A DNA stretch of 64,000 nt from an uncultured cyanobacterium (lineage in GTDB: Bacteria > Cyanobacteriota > Cyanobacteriia > Leptolyngbyales > Leptolyngbyaceae), in the NCBI GenBank assembly GCA_963766075.1, contig CAVYAN010000101.1, positions 1 to 64,000 on the forward strand. Direction: 5' to 3'. Shown here piece after piece: positions 1 through 10,745 of the stretch (positions are counted from its first letter, which is position 1; each line of letters begins with the position of its first letter). A program made the position numbers and the translations under genes. A model generated the notes under the pieces. It worked only from the letters and a program-made list of their open reading frames with translations. It was not told the origin of the DNA and made no database searches.

Positions 1-1366
<1,366 letters not shown>

Positions 1367-1428
1367 AGTCCTACATCGAAACGACATATAGTATGAGTTA
1401 AAATCAGGAGGATTACCACGTATTGTTT

Positions 1429-1902
1429 ATGCCTGAAACTGTCTACATCGAAACCAGCATCTTGGGCTATCTGACAGCTAGGTCAACCAAAAATCTGATC
1501 CTGGCTGCAAATATGGAAATCACAAGGGACTGGTGGGAATTTCGACGAAATGCCTTCATTCTTTATACTTCGGAAGCTGTCCTAGATGAAGTAGCGCAAG
1601 GAGACGCAGAGATCTCAACGCAGCGCTTGAGCATACTGCGTGACTTCCCATTATTGGAATTGAACCAGGCTGTACAGGGTTTAGCCGCGCAATTCCTAAC
1701 CCGAAGCAATTTGCCTCCCAAAGCTAAGGTGGACGCAATCCACATTGCCGCCGCAACTGTCCACGGCATGGATTATCTGCTAACGTGGAATTGTAAGCAT
1801 ATTGCGAATGCTCAAATCCAGGGGAAGTTGGCGGAGATTAGCCTCGATTTCGGCTACGTGCTGCCTGTTCTCTGTACACCAAACGAATTGATGGGGTATT
1901 AG
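1429..1902 (+). CDS. PIN-domain (VapC-like) toxin
   Basis: TVYIETS N-terminus and DAIHIAAATVHGMDYLLTWNCKHIANA motif. Confidence 0.85.
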   Translation: MPETVYIETSILGYLTARSTKNLILAANMEITRDWWEFRRNAFILYTSEAVLDEVAQGDAEISTQRLSILRDFPLLELNQAVQGLAAQFLTRSNLPPKAKVDAIHIAAATVHGMDYLLTWNCKHIANAQIQGKLAEISLDFGYVLPVLCTPNELMGY

Positions 1903-1905
1903 GTC

Positions 1906-2133
1906 ATGTGGAAGGATGAGATTGTTGAAGAAATTCACCAAATTCGCGAAGCGTATGCCAAGTCCTTGAACTATGACTTGGACGCAATATTTGCTGACTT
2001 ACGAAAAAAGCAATCCGAAAGTGGTAGAGAAGTTGTAAACTTATCGCGAAAGCCCGGTCTAACAACGCGTTGGAGCGGACGGACGAAGGATCTTGGTGGT
2101 GACGCAAAGAATACTAGCCGCCTCTCAACTTAG
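1906..2133 (+). CDS. Small putative antitoxin partner of the PIN toxin
   Basis: MWKDEIVEEIHQIREAYA.. small protein starting 3 nt after the PIN gene. Its tail reads into the attC-like site. Confidence 0.7.
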   Translation: MWKDEIVEEIHQIREAYAKSLNYDLDAIFADLRKKQSESGREVVNLSRKPGLTTRWSGRTKDLGGDAKNTSRLST

Positions 2134-2142
2134 CTGTTAGAC
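2057..2142 (+). mobile_element. attC-like integron cassette recombination site
   Basis: R'' GTCTAAC (2057-2063) and R' GTTAGAC (2136-2142) are exact complements. Inner GTTGGAG/CTCAAC L boxes pair with one extrahelical base. 86 bp long, at the 3' end of a TA pair. Confidence 0.7.
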
Positions 2143-2317
2143 GCCAAACTTTAATACCGGAGCAGTTCATGCAATACAGGTTCTTTTCTTACAGTCTTGA
2201 TTAACTGACACACATCAGAAAGTGGCCTGCTAGCCAGCATAAATCGACAATACGGCTAGCAGATTTTAACCTTTTTCACCGTTGCCATAGTCATGGTTTC
2301 CACTTACCCAGCCCACT

Positions 2318-4472
2318 TCACTGACGGACCAAGGCGCGATCGCCCACCTGGATACGTCCCAGTTGATGGGCCAGATCAAAGGTGACAGCGGTATGCAACG
2401 GTTTGGCTATGCCCGGAATGGTAATGGTGCCCACCAGCATTGAATCAGACTGCCATTGTCCGGTATAGCAAGCGGATGCCAATCGGGGAAAGCAGGAACT
2501 GCCAAACTGATACACCATGCGGCGCAGTCCTTGGGTCACCGTGCTAATGGGCAAATAATCCCGCCACGGTTGTCCGGTTTGACGCACCAGCGGCAATCTT
2601 GGCAGGGCCATCAGCATCAGGGTCAACGCCGGGTCCTGGCCTTCTAGACGATGGCACATGAAGCCATCCTGATCGCGGCTATAAAATAATTTGGCTTTGC
2701 CCGAGTCAAAGTAGACGCTGCCATCGATCGCCATGCGGTTCGTCAGGATCAACAGGCCGATCGCCTGTTCTTTGCGGAACACCCGGAAGCGCAGTTGAGT
2801 CTCCAAAGGAAACGTCAGCGCTTGGGATAGATCCTGATCGGGGACCACCGCCTCTAGAACAGTCATTGCCGCTGGGCTAGCCTCCGTCTGAAACACATCA
2901 TCCACGCGCAGGTTGGCAAAGCTGAAGGGCACCGTCGCCGATCCCACCTCCGGGGTGAGTTGGGCCTGGATGTGGATGTGGGGTTGGGGCGAATAGCCGG
3001 AGTTGCCGCAGCGTCCGATCAAAGCGCCACGATGGATGCGATCGCCCTGCTTCAGACCAATGCTACCCTGGGCAAAGTGCGAAATCTCCACGTAGAAGCC
3101 GCGCTCATCGTAAAGCACCACATGGTTGCCCCAATTCTGATCGGCATCCACAGTGCCGATGGCACAGTCAGGCAAATCATTGACTACGCGAACAACCCAA
3201 CCGCGAATGGGCGACAGCACCGGTTTCTGAAAGGCGTAGTAGTCAGCTAACTGCGCGCCTCTGCCGCTGTAGGTTTGGCCCTGCTGATCGCGAATCACAA
3301 AGTCAAAGGCATGACGCCAGAGGCCCTGGTGCGTCCAAGCGCCATCGCACCCCTGCCAGACGGACCAACGTCCGGTAAAGGGCAAAGCGATCGCCCTGCC
3401 GCTGCCTTGATAACGGCGGCGGGCCGTGAGTTCGGCATCCAACGTTTTTTCAGGGGATGCCTGGGGAATCCGCACCAGCGATCGACTCCCGGCCATGCCC
3501 AGCAAATACAGCAGCATTAACGTCACGAGGTTGTAGGGCAGAGCGTGGACAGGAAGTCCAACTGCCGCCCAGAAGACCCCAATGGCCTCGCTGAGCAGGG
3601 CTACGAGTGCCGTGGCGATCGCGGCCAGCCCATAGCTACGAGGCGATGGGAGCAGATAAAATCCGCCGATCGCCAGCGCCACAAGGATAAAATTCAGGGC
3701 GGCCGGGTCGTAGTAGACATAGGCAAAGGTGCCGGTCAACATTCCCCGCAGCGCTGTACCCAGGGCATAGCTGGCAATCGCCAGTAAAAACTGAATACGC
3801 GAATTCAAGAGCAGCAACAGTGCCACCACCATGCCCACCCAAACATTCGGTAGGAAGAAAATCAGCCCCAGCGTCCGCAGAAACCCTTCCAGGGGCAGCG
3901 GTAGACCGATGGTGTAGGCATGGGCTGGCAGGATGGCCGCCTGCAACCCGGCGTAGCGGAAAGCCGCCAGGTGCACAATCCAACTGACCAGAATAAACGG
4001 CAAGCTCAAGACGGGCAGCCACAGAAAGGTCTTTAAAATATGGGCCAGGGTCCAAGTCAGGAGAAAAGCCAAGATTCCGGCGGCGGCGGCGAGGAAAATC
4101 GCTGGGGCGCTGGGTTGGAACAGGTAACCCACGCCCAGTCCAGCCAGTAAGGGGTTGAAAAGGAGGGGCGCGATCGCGATCCGCCGCGTCCAGTTGCACT
4201 ACTTTGGCGAACAGCACGGCGGCTAGCACACCCGTTAGGCCCAGCAGCAGCACGGCAGGTTGCAGCAGCATGGCTGCCAGCAGTAAGGCCCCGGTGCCAA
4301 TGCCCCGTAAAAATAGAATTTCGGCAGTCGCCGCGCAAATAGCTCGCCCCAGTTGTCGAGGGCTGTGGGTCCAGTTCTTTAAATGCGTCCAGTAGCGCTG
4401 AGGGTCGAGGAAGGCGGGGGTGGCCCATTTCAGCCTTCCCCCGGAAATGGGTGAATCACGCAGGTTCAGCAT
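2318..4472 (-). CDS. Urea-transporter-like membrane domain fused to an M23 peptidase domain; one frameshift near 4160-4175
   Basis: Multi-TM N-terminal half (AEILFL, FNPLLAG, LSLPF, LGLIFF, ALPYN). M23 motifs THQGLWRHAFDF, WGNHVV, EISHF and GNSGYSPQPHIH. ORFs 3636-4472 and 2318-4132 join by a single frame change. Confidence 0.75.
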
Positions 4473-4539
4473 GGGTTATCTCAATTACCCGGATAGTCAG
4501 GTGCAAAAATTACGCCGATCAATGCTTCCAAGGGCAGAT

Positions 4540-4575
4540 GCTAGAGGGGAGCCGTTGAGCGAAGCCCCCTCTAGC
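4540..4575. other. Intergenic stem-loop within the operon
   Basis: GCTAGAGGGG (4540-4549) pairs with CCCCTCTAGC (4566-4575). No U-tract. Confidence 0.5.
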
Positions 4576-4584
4576 GTGGGAGGA

Positions 4585-5979
4585 TTAGCGGCCTGCGGTA
4601 TAGGCCGGTAGTCGGTAATCGGGTGCCGATGGGGTGGCCAGTTGGGTGGGGAGATGTTCGCGCCGTTCTAAATCGCTGATATCTTCAGCGGCACGAATCA
4701 GTTCCACTTCGCCGGATTCCATCACCATCACCACATTGGGACGGTATTCAATGAACTGCATCCATTGGGTGTTGTTATAGGCACCCACGGTGGAAATCAC
4801 CAAGCGATCGCCCCGTGACAATGGCGGCAAGGAAATCTGCTCATCAATCACATCAATATTCATGCAGAGGGGACCGTAGAGCACCGATGGCTCCGCTGCC
4901 CCAGCAATCGGCTGTCCCAAAGCCACATTAAAGCGGTACCAAAAGCTCGTAAACAGCAGGTTGACCCCCGCATCCATGACATAGGCCCGCGGGCCATTGG
5001 GCAATCGTTTCGTACCGCACACGCTGGTGATTAGGGTTCCGGCTTCATCAACCATGGCTCGCCCCGATTCGATAATCAGTTTGGGGGTATGGCCAGGTTT
5101 GAGGGTTTTCCAGAGGGCATCACAAATGGCGTCGGCGTATTCGTCAAGGGTTGGCAGCATGACTTCGGGGGCATGGTAGGCTCCCTTCAACCGACTGCGG
5201 GAGGGAAAGCCGCCGCCAATGTCGATGTAGTCCATTCGCCAACCATATTGCGCTTCAATTTCGTAGCCAAACTGGACCATTTTCTCGACTTGGCGGGCAT
5301 AGGCGTTGGGATCCAGAATGTACGTGCCAATGTGACTGTGCAAGCCATTTATTTTGAGTTTACCGCTACGGGCCATGCGTCGAATTGCTTCCATAGCCTG
5401 TCCCGATTCTAAATTGAAGCCAAAACGTGACCAGCAGGGTTGAATGCCTGCATCCAAATTGAGGCGAATACCGACGCTCACCGTGCGATTCAGTCGAGTG
5501 GCGATCGCTTCTAAATCTTCAATTTCATCCAGATGATCAACGTTAATGGTAACGCCATCTCGCACGGCTGCTTCCAAGGTGGCAAAGGGCTTGTGGGGAC
5601 CATTCAAAATCATTTGCTTTCCTGGAATACCGAGGGCCTTTGCCTTGTCGTATTCCATTTTGGAGACCAGTTCAGCCATGGCCCCTTCCTGGTGAAAAAC
5701 AGCACAAATGGCTTTCAGATAATTGGTCTTGTAGGACCAGCCAAAGGTGACATCGGGATAGCGCGTGGTAAAGGCATTGCGCATGGTACGAAACTGTCGC
5801 CGCAGAGTCCGTTCGGAATAGACAAACAGGGGTGAGCCATACTGTGCCACCAAGTCATCCACGGTCACGCCCGCGATCGCTGATTTAACCTGATGCTGGG
5901 AGGCCGCCGCGCCTGCAAATTTGTTCATTAAACCACTGTGCAATGGCTGGATCACAGGCTTTTCGTAGGTCGTCTGCAT
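4585..5979 (-). CDS. Fold-type III PLP-dependent decarboxylase (LysA/Orn-DAP-Arg family, non-canonical)
   Basis: YGSPLFVY, WSYKTN (PLP lysine), SRFG, HSHIGT, DIGGGF, ESGRAMV, GPLCMNID, GAYN. Confidence 0.88.
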   Translation of the reverse strand: MQTTYEKPVIQPLHSGLMNKFAGAAASQHQVKSAIAGVTVDDLVAQYGSPLFVYSERTLRRQFRTMRNAFTTRYPDVTFGWSYKTNYLKAICAVFHQEGAMAELVSKMEYDKAKALGIPGKQMILNGPHKPFATLEAAVRDGVTINVDHLDEIEDLEAIATRLNRTVSVGIRLNLDAGIQPCWSRFGFNLESGQAMEAIRRMARSGKLKINGLHSHIGTYILDPNAYARQVEKMVQFGYEIEAQYGWRMDYIDIGGGFPSRSRLKGAYHAPEVMLPTLDEYADAICDALWKTLKPGHTPKLIIESGRAMVDEAGTLITSVCGTKRLPNGPRAYVMDAGVNLLFTSFWYRFNVALGQPIAGAAEPSVLYGPLCMNIDVIDEQISLPPLSRGDRLVISTVGAYNNTQWMQFIEYRPNVVMVMESGEVELIRAAEDISDLERREHLPTQLATPSAPDYRLPAYTAGR

Positions 5980-7035
5980 TTAACGTTCTCCTAAAGTCAC
6001 AAGGGTTTGTAAGGGGGTCGCGTCTGTCACCAGTTCGTAGGTGTAGCGCATGAACAGTTTGCCCGGTTCGTAGGTGGGCAAGGGGGGAATCGGGAGGCCA
6101 AAGGCCGCCTGCACCAGACGGGCCGGTAGGTTAATCCCAACCCCTGTGGCAAAGTAGGTCCAGGCTGGAAAGCGCGGGTTGATTTCAATCAGGTAAAGGG
6201 TGCCGTCGCGATCGGCGATGCACTCTAATTCAAAGGGGCCTTTCCAGTGGGTTTGCTGCAAAAAGGTGGTGGCGGCACTGATTAATCCCGGATGCTGAAT
6301 GGTGAGGCCACTCCAGATTTTGCCCAGTTCCGTGACGCCCATTTTCTTGATGGCCACTAGGCCCAAATGACCGCCCGTTCCGTCGCCCACGCCCACCAAG
6401 TTGAGTTCAATGCCACTGACAATTTGCTGAACCAGGATGGGAAAGCCCGCTTCGGCAGCGATTTGGTGAAAGCGCGATCGCGCTTCTTCCAGGCTAAATA
6501 CCCGATAGGCTTTGTAGTACGGCCCTTTAATCATCACTGGAAAGCCCAAGTCTGCCGTGGCCTGCTGCAAGTCCTGAATTGAACTCACGGTGACGGTTTC
6601 GGGAGTCTTCAACCCAAAGCTAGGAGCCACGTCTGCTAGTTTGGCTTTGTTTCGCAGCGCGAACTGCGCTTTGGTGGGGAGATAGGTGCGAATGCCCATC
6701 GCCTCCAGTTGCGGCGCACAGCGGATGTACAGCGGCAGTTCTAAATCAAAGTTGGGAATCACGCAATCCAGCCCAAACTGGCGCTGAATTTGCTGTAACC
6801 GCTCCAGCAACACCTCCGGTTCCGCCGAGGGATAGGGCATGATGTAGCGGCGATCGAATAGCCAGTCCATATACAGCCCGGGTTCGGTGGCATCGTAGGC
6901 CAGCCCAATCAGGCGGGTCGTGAGCTGATCGGCTTCGCGTAGGCTGCGGGCTACCCCAGTGCCGGGACCGGGATTATCGATGGAGTTGATGCCGGTGATG
7001 GCGATCGCAAAATTGTCTAGGGTCCGATCCGTCAT
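5980..7035 (-). CDS. ATP-grasp carboxylate-amine ligase
   Basis: NKAKL, GLKTPET, LGFPVMIKG, ILVQQIVSG and YLIEINPRF motifs. Confidence 0.88.
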   Translation of the reverse strand: MTDRTLDNFAIAITGINSIDNPGPGTGVARSLREADQLTTRLIGLAYDATEPGLYMDWLFDRRYIMPYPSAEPEVLLERLQQIQRQFGLDCVIPNFDLELPLYIRCAPQLEAMGIRTYLPTKAQFALRNKAKLADVAPSFGLKTPETVTVSSIQDLQQATADLGFPVMIKGPYYKAYRVFSLEEARSRFHQIAAEAGFPILVQQIVSGIELNLVGVGDGTGGHLGLVAIKKMGVTELGKIWSGLTIQHPGLISAATTFLQQTHWKGPFELECIADRDGTLYLIEINPRFPAWTYFATGVGINLPARLVQAAFGLPIPPLPTYEPGKLFMRYTYELVTDATPLQTLVTLGER

Positions 7036-7280
7036 GAATGCGCTCCTGAAAATCCGAGGCTGAGGAGTTGCTGGAAAAAGTCTGCGACATCACGCTCGAC
7101 GATGCTTTGGGCCACGCCACACTCGCTGGCGATCGCTTGAACAATTTGCTCCTGGGTTTCGTTGGCGCGGAGGCGATGGAGGACCATGCGGGCACAGCGA
7201 TTGAGGGTATAGCTTTCCCCTGTGGTGGCGTTAAAGGCAAAGCCGTCGGTGTTGACAGTGAGGGATGACAATGAGGACAT
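7032..7280 (-). CDS. Stand-alone PqqD-family / RiPP recognition element (RRE) protein, 82 aa
   Basis: GFAFNATTGESYTLNRCARMVL..L...EQIVQAIASECGV...VERDVADFFQQLLSLG matches the PqqD 3-beta/3-alpha pattern. ATGA overlap with the ATP-grasp gene. Confidence 0.82.
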   Translation of the reverse strand: MSSLSSLTVNTDGFAFNATTGESYTLNRCARMVLHRLRANETQEQIVQAIASECGVAQSIVERDVADFFQQLLSLGFSGAHS

Positions 7281-7388
7281 GGATTTCTTGGGATGATGTT
7301 TGGAAAATCGGTCTATGGTTATCGGTCTATGGTTATCGGTCCATGGCTTCAGTAAGCCGGAGAAACATGACAGTTTCGGTAACGGTTG

Positions 7389-7407
7389 GATTACAGATTT
7401 GTCATTG
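7389..7407 (-). promoter_or_regulatory. cop-box/CusR-box-like operator upstream of the RRE operon
   Basis: The minus strand at 7390-7404 reads TGACA-AATC-TGTAAT. 17/19 identical to 8114-8132. Confidence 0.65.
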
Positions 7408-7457
7408 TGCAGGATGTGATTTTTGAGATTTTTTGGGAAGCCTGATGGTGATCGGCG

Positions 7458-7498
7458 CGTGAGATGTGCGACTTCTTCAAGAAGTCGCACATCTCACG
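7458..7498. repeat. Perfect 20-bp-arm palindrome (REP-like; may terminate the spy-like transcript)
   Basis: CGTGAGATGTGCGACTTCTT-C-AAGAAGTCGCACATCTCACG, just past the spy-like stop codon. Confidence 0.85.
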
Positions 7499-7501
7499 GA
7501 G

Positions 7502-8012
7502 TTAGCGGGCAGGAGCTTGACGAAAGCGCTGAATCACCTTTTCCAGTTGTTCTGCGGTCAGGACCTGACGCTCTGATAGCAACGCTTCAAACTGGTGCTC
7601 ATCCAATTGCTGGCGCAGTTTCTGAACAGTCTGGTGCTGTTGACGTAACTGGGAGATAGAAGCATCACTTTGCAACAAGCGATCGCAATTGCTTTTCCGC
7701 TGCCATGAGTTGTTGATGGAGTGGTTCGCCGTCTTTGCGCGCTTGCTGATTGAGGGTTTTTAGCTGCGATCGCTGTGCTGCGCTGAGGTTGAGATCCCTG
7801 GCCCAGGGTGGGGCGGGAATTTCCTGGGAGGATGCCTCCGGTGGTTCAGGGGCAGGCGGATCGGGGGGCAGGGAAGCCGGGGCGGGTGATGCGGCGGCGA
7901 TCGCTAGCGGTAACTGATGAAACCCAATTTGGGGTTGCGCGCAGACCATTGTGCTGCCAATCTGGGTTAGAAAAGCGGTAGCTGACAAGAGGAAAATCCG
8001 TTGAGGGGTCAT
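7502..8012 (-). CDS. Spy/CpxP-family periplasmic chaperone; frameshift near 7677
   Basis: Signal-like N-terminus, Pro-rich linker and LNLSAAQ. After removing one base the frame continues LQSDASISQLRQQHQ...RQVLTAEQ (LTxxQ motif) to TAA at 7502. Confidence 0.78.
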
Positions 8013-8113
8013 GAATGGTGTCTCCTGAAGGTCAGGTTGGTGATAAGGGACCGGATTGGATCCGGCGATGCCTTGATTAAGCAATGGCAAAATGACCGGT
8101 GAAGGGAGTCTTC

Positions 8114-8132
8114 GATTACAGTTTTGTAATTG
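8114..8132. promoter_or_regulatory. cop-box-like operator in the divergent spy/response-regulator promoter
   Basis: ATTACA-GTTT-TGTAAT palindrome at 8115-8130. Confidence 0.65.
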
Positions 8133-8182
8133 GAGTTAGCAGATAACCCGCCTAGAATGGAGAGAAGATTTACCGTCCGCCC

Positions 8183-8866
8183 ATGCACGTGCTCTATGTT
8201 GAAGATGAAGCCAAGATTGCCGACTTTGTCCAATCCGGACTCAAGGAGCAAGGCTTTTTGGTCGATTATTGCGACAACGGCAACGATGGCTATCTGCGGG
8301 CTATGGACTATGAATATGACGTGATTGTGCTGGATATCATGGTGCCGGGAAAGGATGGATTGGCTATTCTCAAGAGTCTGCGGCGGGCGGGTCGCCATAC
8401 CCCCGTTGTGCTGCTGACCGCTCGCAATGAATTGGACGATCGCTTAGAGGGCCTCAACCTGGGAGCCGATGACTATCTTGCCAAGCCGTTCTTTGTCGAA
8501 GAACTGGTGGCCCGCATGCATGCGGTAGTGCGGCGCATATCGGGCGATCGCCAAAATCTGCTCAGTGTGGGTCCGATCAAGCTGGATCGGATTACGCGGG
8601 AAGTGACCTGTCAGCAGCAGTCCGTGGAGCTAACCACCCGCGAGTTTAATTTACTGGAATACCTGATGCGATCGCCCGGTCGCGTCTTTACCCGCACCCA
8701 AATTCTGGAGCATGTTTGGGGCTACGACTTTAATCCCAGCACCAACTTGGTGGATGTTTGCATCCAGCGGCTGCGGAAAAAAATTGAACCCCTGGGCGGC
8801 ACTGGCTGCATCGACAGTGTGCGGGGTGTGGGCTATTGTTTTCGCAAACCCGATACTGACCTGTGA
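8183..8866 (+). CDS. OmpR-family response regulator, CusR/CopR/CzcR-like
   Basis: VEDE, LDIMVPGKDG, LTAR, GADDYLAKPF, and winged-helix LTTREFNLL..VDVCIQRLRKKI..VRGVGY. Confidence 0.92.
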   Translation: MHVLYVEDEAKIADFVQSGLKEQGFLVDYCDNGNDGYLRAMDYEYDVIVLDIMVPGKDGLAILKSLRRAGRHTPVVLLTARNELDDRLEGLNLGADDYLAKPFFVEELVARMHAVVRRISGDRQNLLSVGPIKLDRITREVTCQQQSVELTTREFNLLEYLMRSPGRVFTRTQILEHVWGYDFNPSTNLVDVCIQRLRKKIEPLGGTGCIDSVRGVGYCFRKPDTDL

Positions 8867-10442
8867 CCCTAAATTCCTTCCGCCTTCGCATTGCCTTGTT
8901 ATCCGCTCTCTTGGCCGGTGGCGCGTTAGCGGGTTTTGGCACGATGTCTTGGTGGCTAATTTATCAAACCAAATTAAACCGCATTGATGATGGCATCAAA
9001 AATCAGTTAATGCGCGAATCCGATCGCCCACGCCCGACGAATCACTGGCAATCCTATGCCACCTCTTTGTCGATAGCCTTTAATACCGATACCGCAGAGG
9101 ATCTGGCCCTGCTAGTGCAAGATGCTGAAGGTCACCCAATTTACCAATCTGCCACCTGGACAGCGGATCTGACGCGCACAACCGTCTTTCCATCGCGTCC
9201 TGCCACTGTATCGTCTGCTGGGGCATTGCCATCTGCTGGAGCATTACCATCTGCTGAAGCATTCCCACTGCCGCCATCCTTCCCGCCGCCCGATCGATTT
9301 CCCCCCATGGGGGGGGGAAGGTCCGTCTGTTCTAGGCAAGCCGCCTGATCGGCTCGGTCAGCCGCCAAGGCCACCGGAGGATGCTCCGGGGATGTTGCGT
9401 CAGCCCGGTCGGCTGTCGAAGCTGATGACACAATCTACCCACACGGGTTCCTGGCGGTTGGGGGCGGTGACGGCAGGAGATGTGCGCCTTGCGATCGCCG
9501 TCAACCTCCGCACTATCGCCGCCGAAATGAATGCGATTCGTACGGCCTATCTGGTGAGTATTCCCTTGCTGCTGGTGTTGATTGCGATCGGGGCCTGGTG
9601 GATCTCGGGCAGTGCCCTCCGCCCAATTCGCGAAGTTACTGCAACTCTGCGTCGGGTGACGGCGAAAGGATTAGATCAACGGGTGCCAATCGAGGGCAGC
9701 GATCGCGAATTTATAGAGTTGCTGCACGTCTTCAATCAAATGATGGAACGTTTGGAACGGAGCTTTACCCAAGCATCCCGTTTCAGCGCTGATGCGGCCC
9801 ATGAACTCAAAACGCCATTATCTATCTTACAAGGAGAATTAGAACGGACTCTGCAGGCGGCGAAACCCGGATCTGAGTTGCAGCAACGTCTGGGTGGTTT
9901 ACTGGACGAGGTGCGCCACCTCGGGGTGATCGTCCGCAAATTGTTACTGCTTTCCCTGGCCGATGCTGGACAGATGCGGCTGCACATGACGAAAATCGAT
10001 TTGTCCGTTTTATTAGAAGATTTTGTGGGTGATATTCGACATGATCTCCCCGGATCTCAGCGTGCAACTACAGATCGCAACGGGTTTAACCGTTCAAGCT
10101 GATCAAGCTCTCTTAATTCAAGTGTTGCAAAATCTGATTAGCAATGCCACCAAGTACAATCTGCCTCAGGGCTGGGTGCGGATTACGGCGGGGCGGCGGC
10201 ATCAAATGGTTGTTGTCAGTGTGAGTAATAGTTCTAAGGATATTCCGATCAGTGAGCGATCGCGGATTTTCGATCGTTTCCATCGCGGTGATCCCGCCCG
10301 CACTCGCCATGTTGAAGGACTGGGTCTGGGCCTGAGTCTATCCCGCGAAATTGCTGTGGCCCATGGGGGGAATTTGACTTTGGATGCTAGCCCTGCCGGA
10401 CAAACCACGTTCACCCTCACATTACCGGCGCGCAATCCCTAG
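8863..10442 (+). CDS. HAMP sensor histidine kinase, heavy-metal-sensor-like; frameshifts at the G9 run 9309-9317 and near 10035
   Basis: Three consecutive ORFs give TM1 plus periplasmic region, TM2-HAMP-HisKA (FSADAAHELKTPL) and HATPase (NLISNATKY, FDRF, GLGLGLS). GTGA overlap with the regulator. Confidence 0.85.
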
Positions 10443-10745
10443 AACAGGCTCGATCAGTATCCCAAGTCGGTAGTTGCCATTAAACGCAGGAGGGGCAAAG
10501 CACAGCGTGCCCATCCTTGTATCTTCAGAGATAAGGTAACTCGTTCCATTCTAGGTATAAAAATTGTTCCGTAGCTCGGGTGCCTGTGTCTAATAGTCCG
10601 AACAGAATTATAGTCCGGACAGAATTAAAGGGTTTTGTGGCACCGATAAGGCATAACCTTTACAGGAAGTTTAGCGAAGTTTATCGGCGATCGCCATTGC
10701 ACCCGCTAGCATAAAACATACTGTCTTCTATCTATCCCTGCACAT

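Noticed and set aside
2258..2294. Tiny minus-strand ORF MTMATVKKVKIC after the UT-M23 gene as a RiPP precursor
   Set aside because: Only 12 codons, with no leader motif and no other support.
7281..7490. N-terminal extension of the PqqD ORF
   Set aside because: It runs through a palindrome, the operator and tandem repeats; the ATG at 7280 gives a typical PqqD length.
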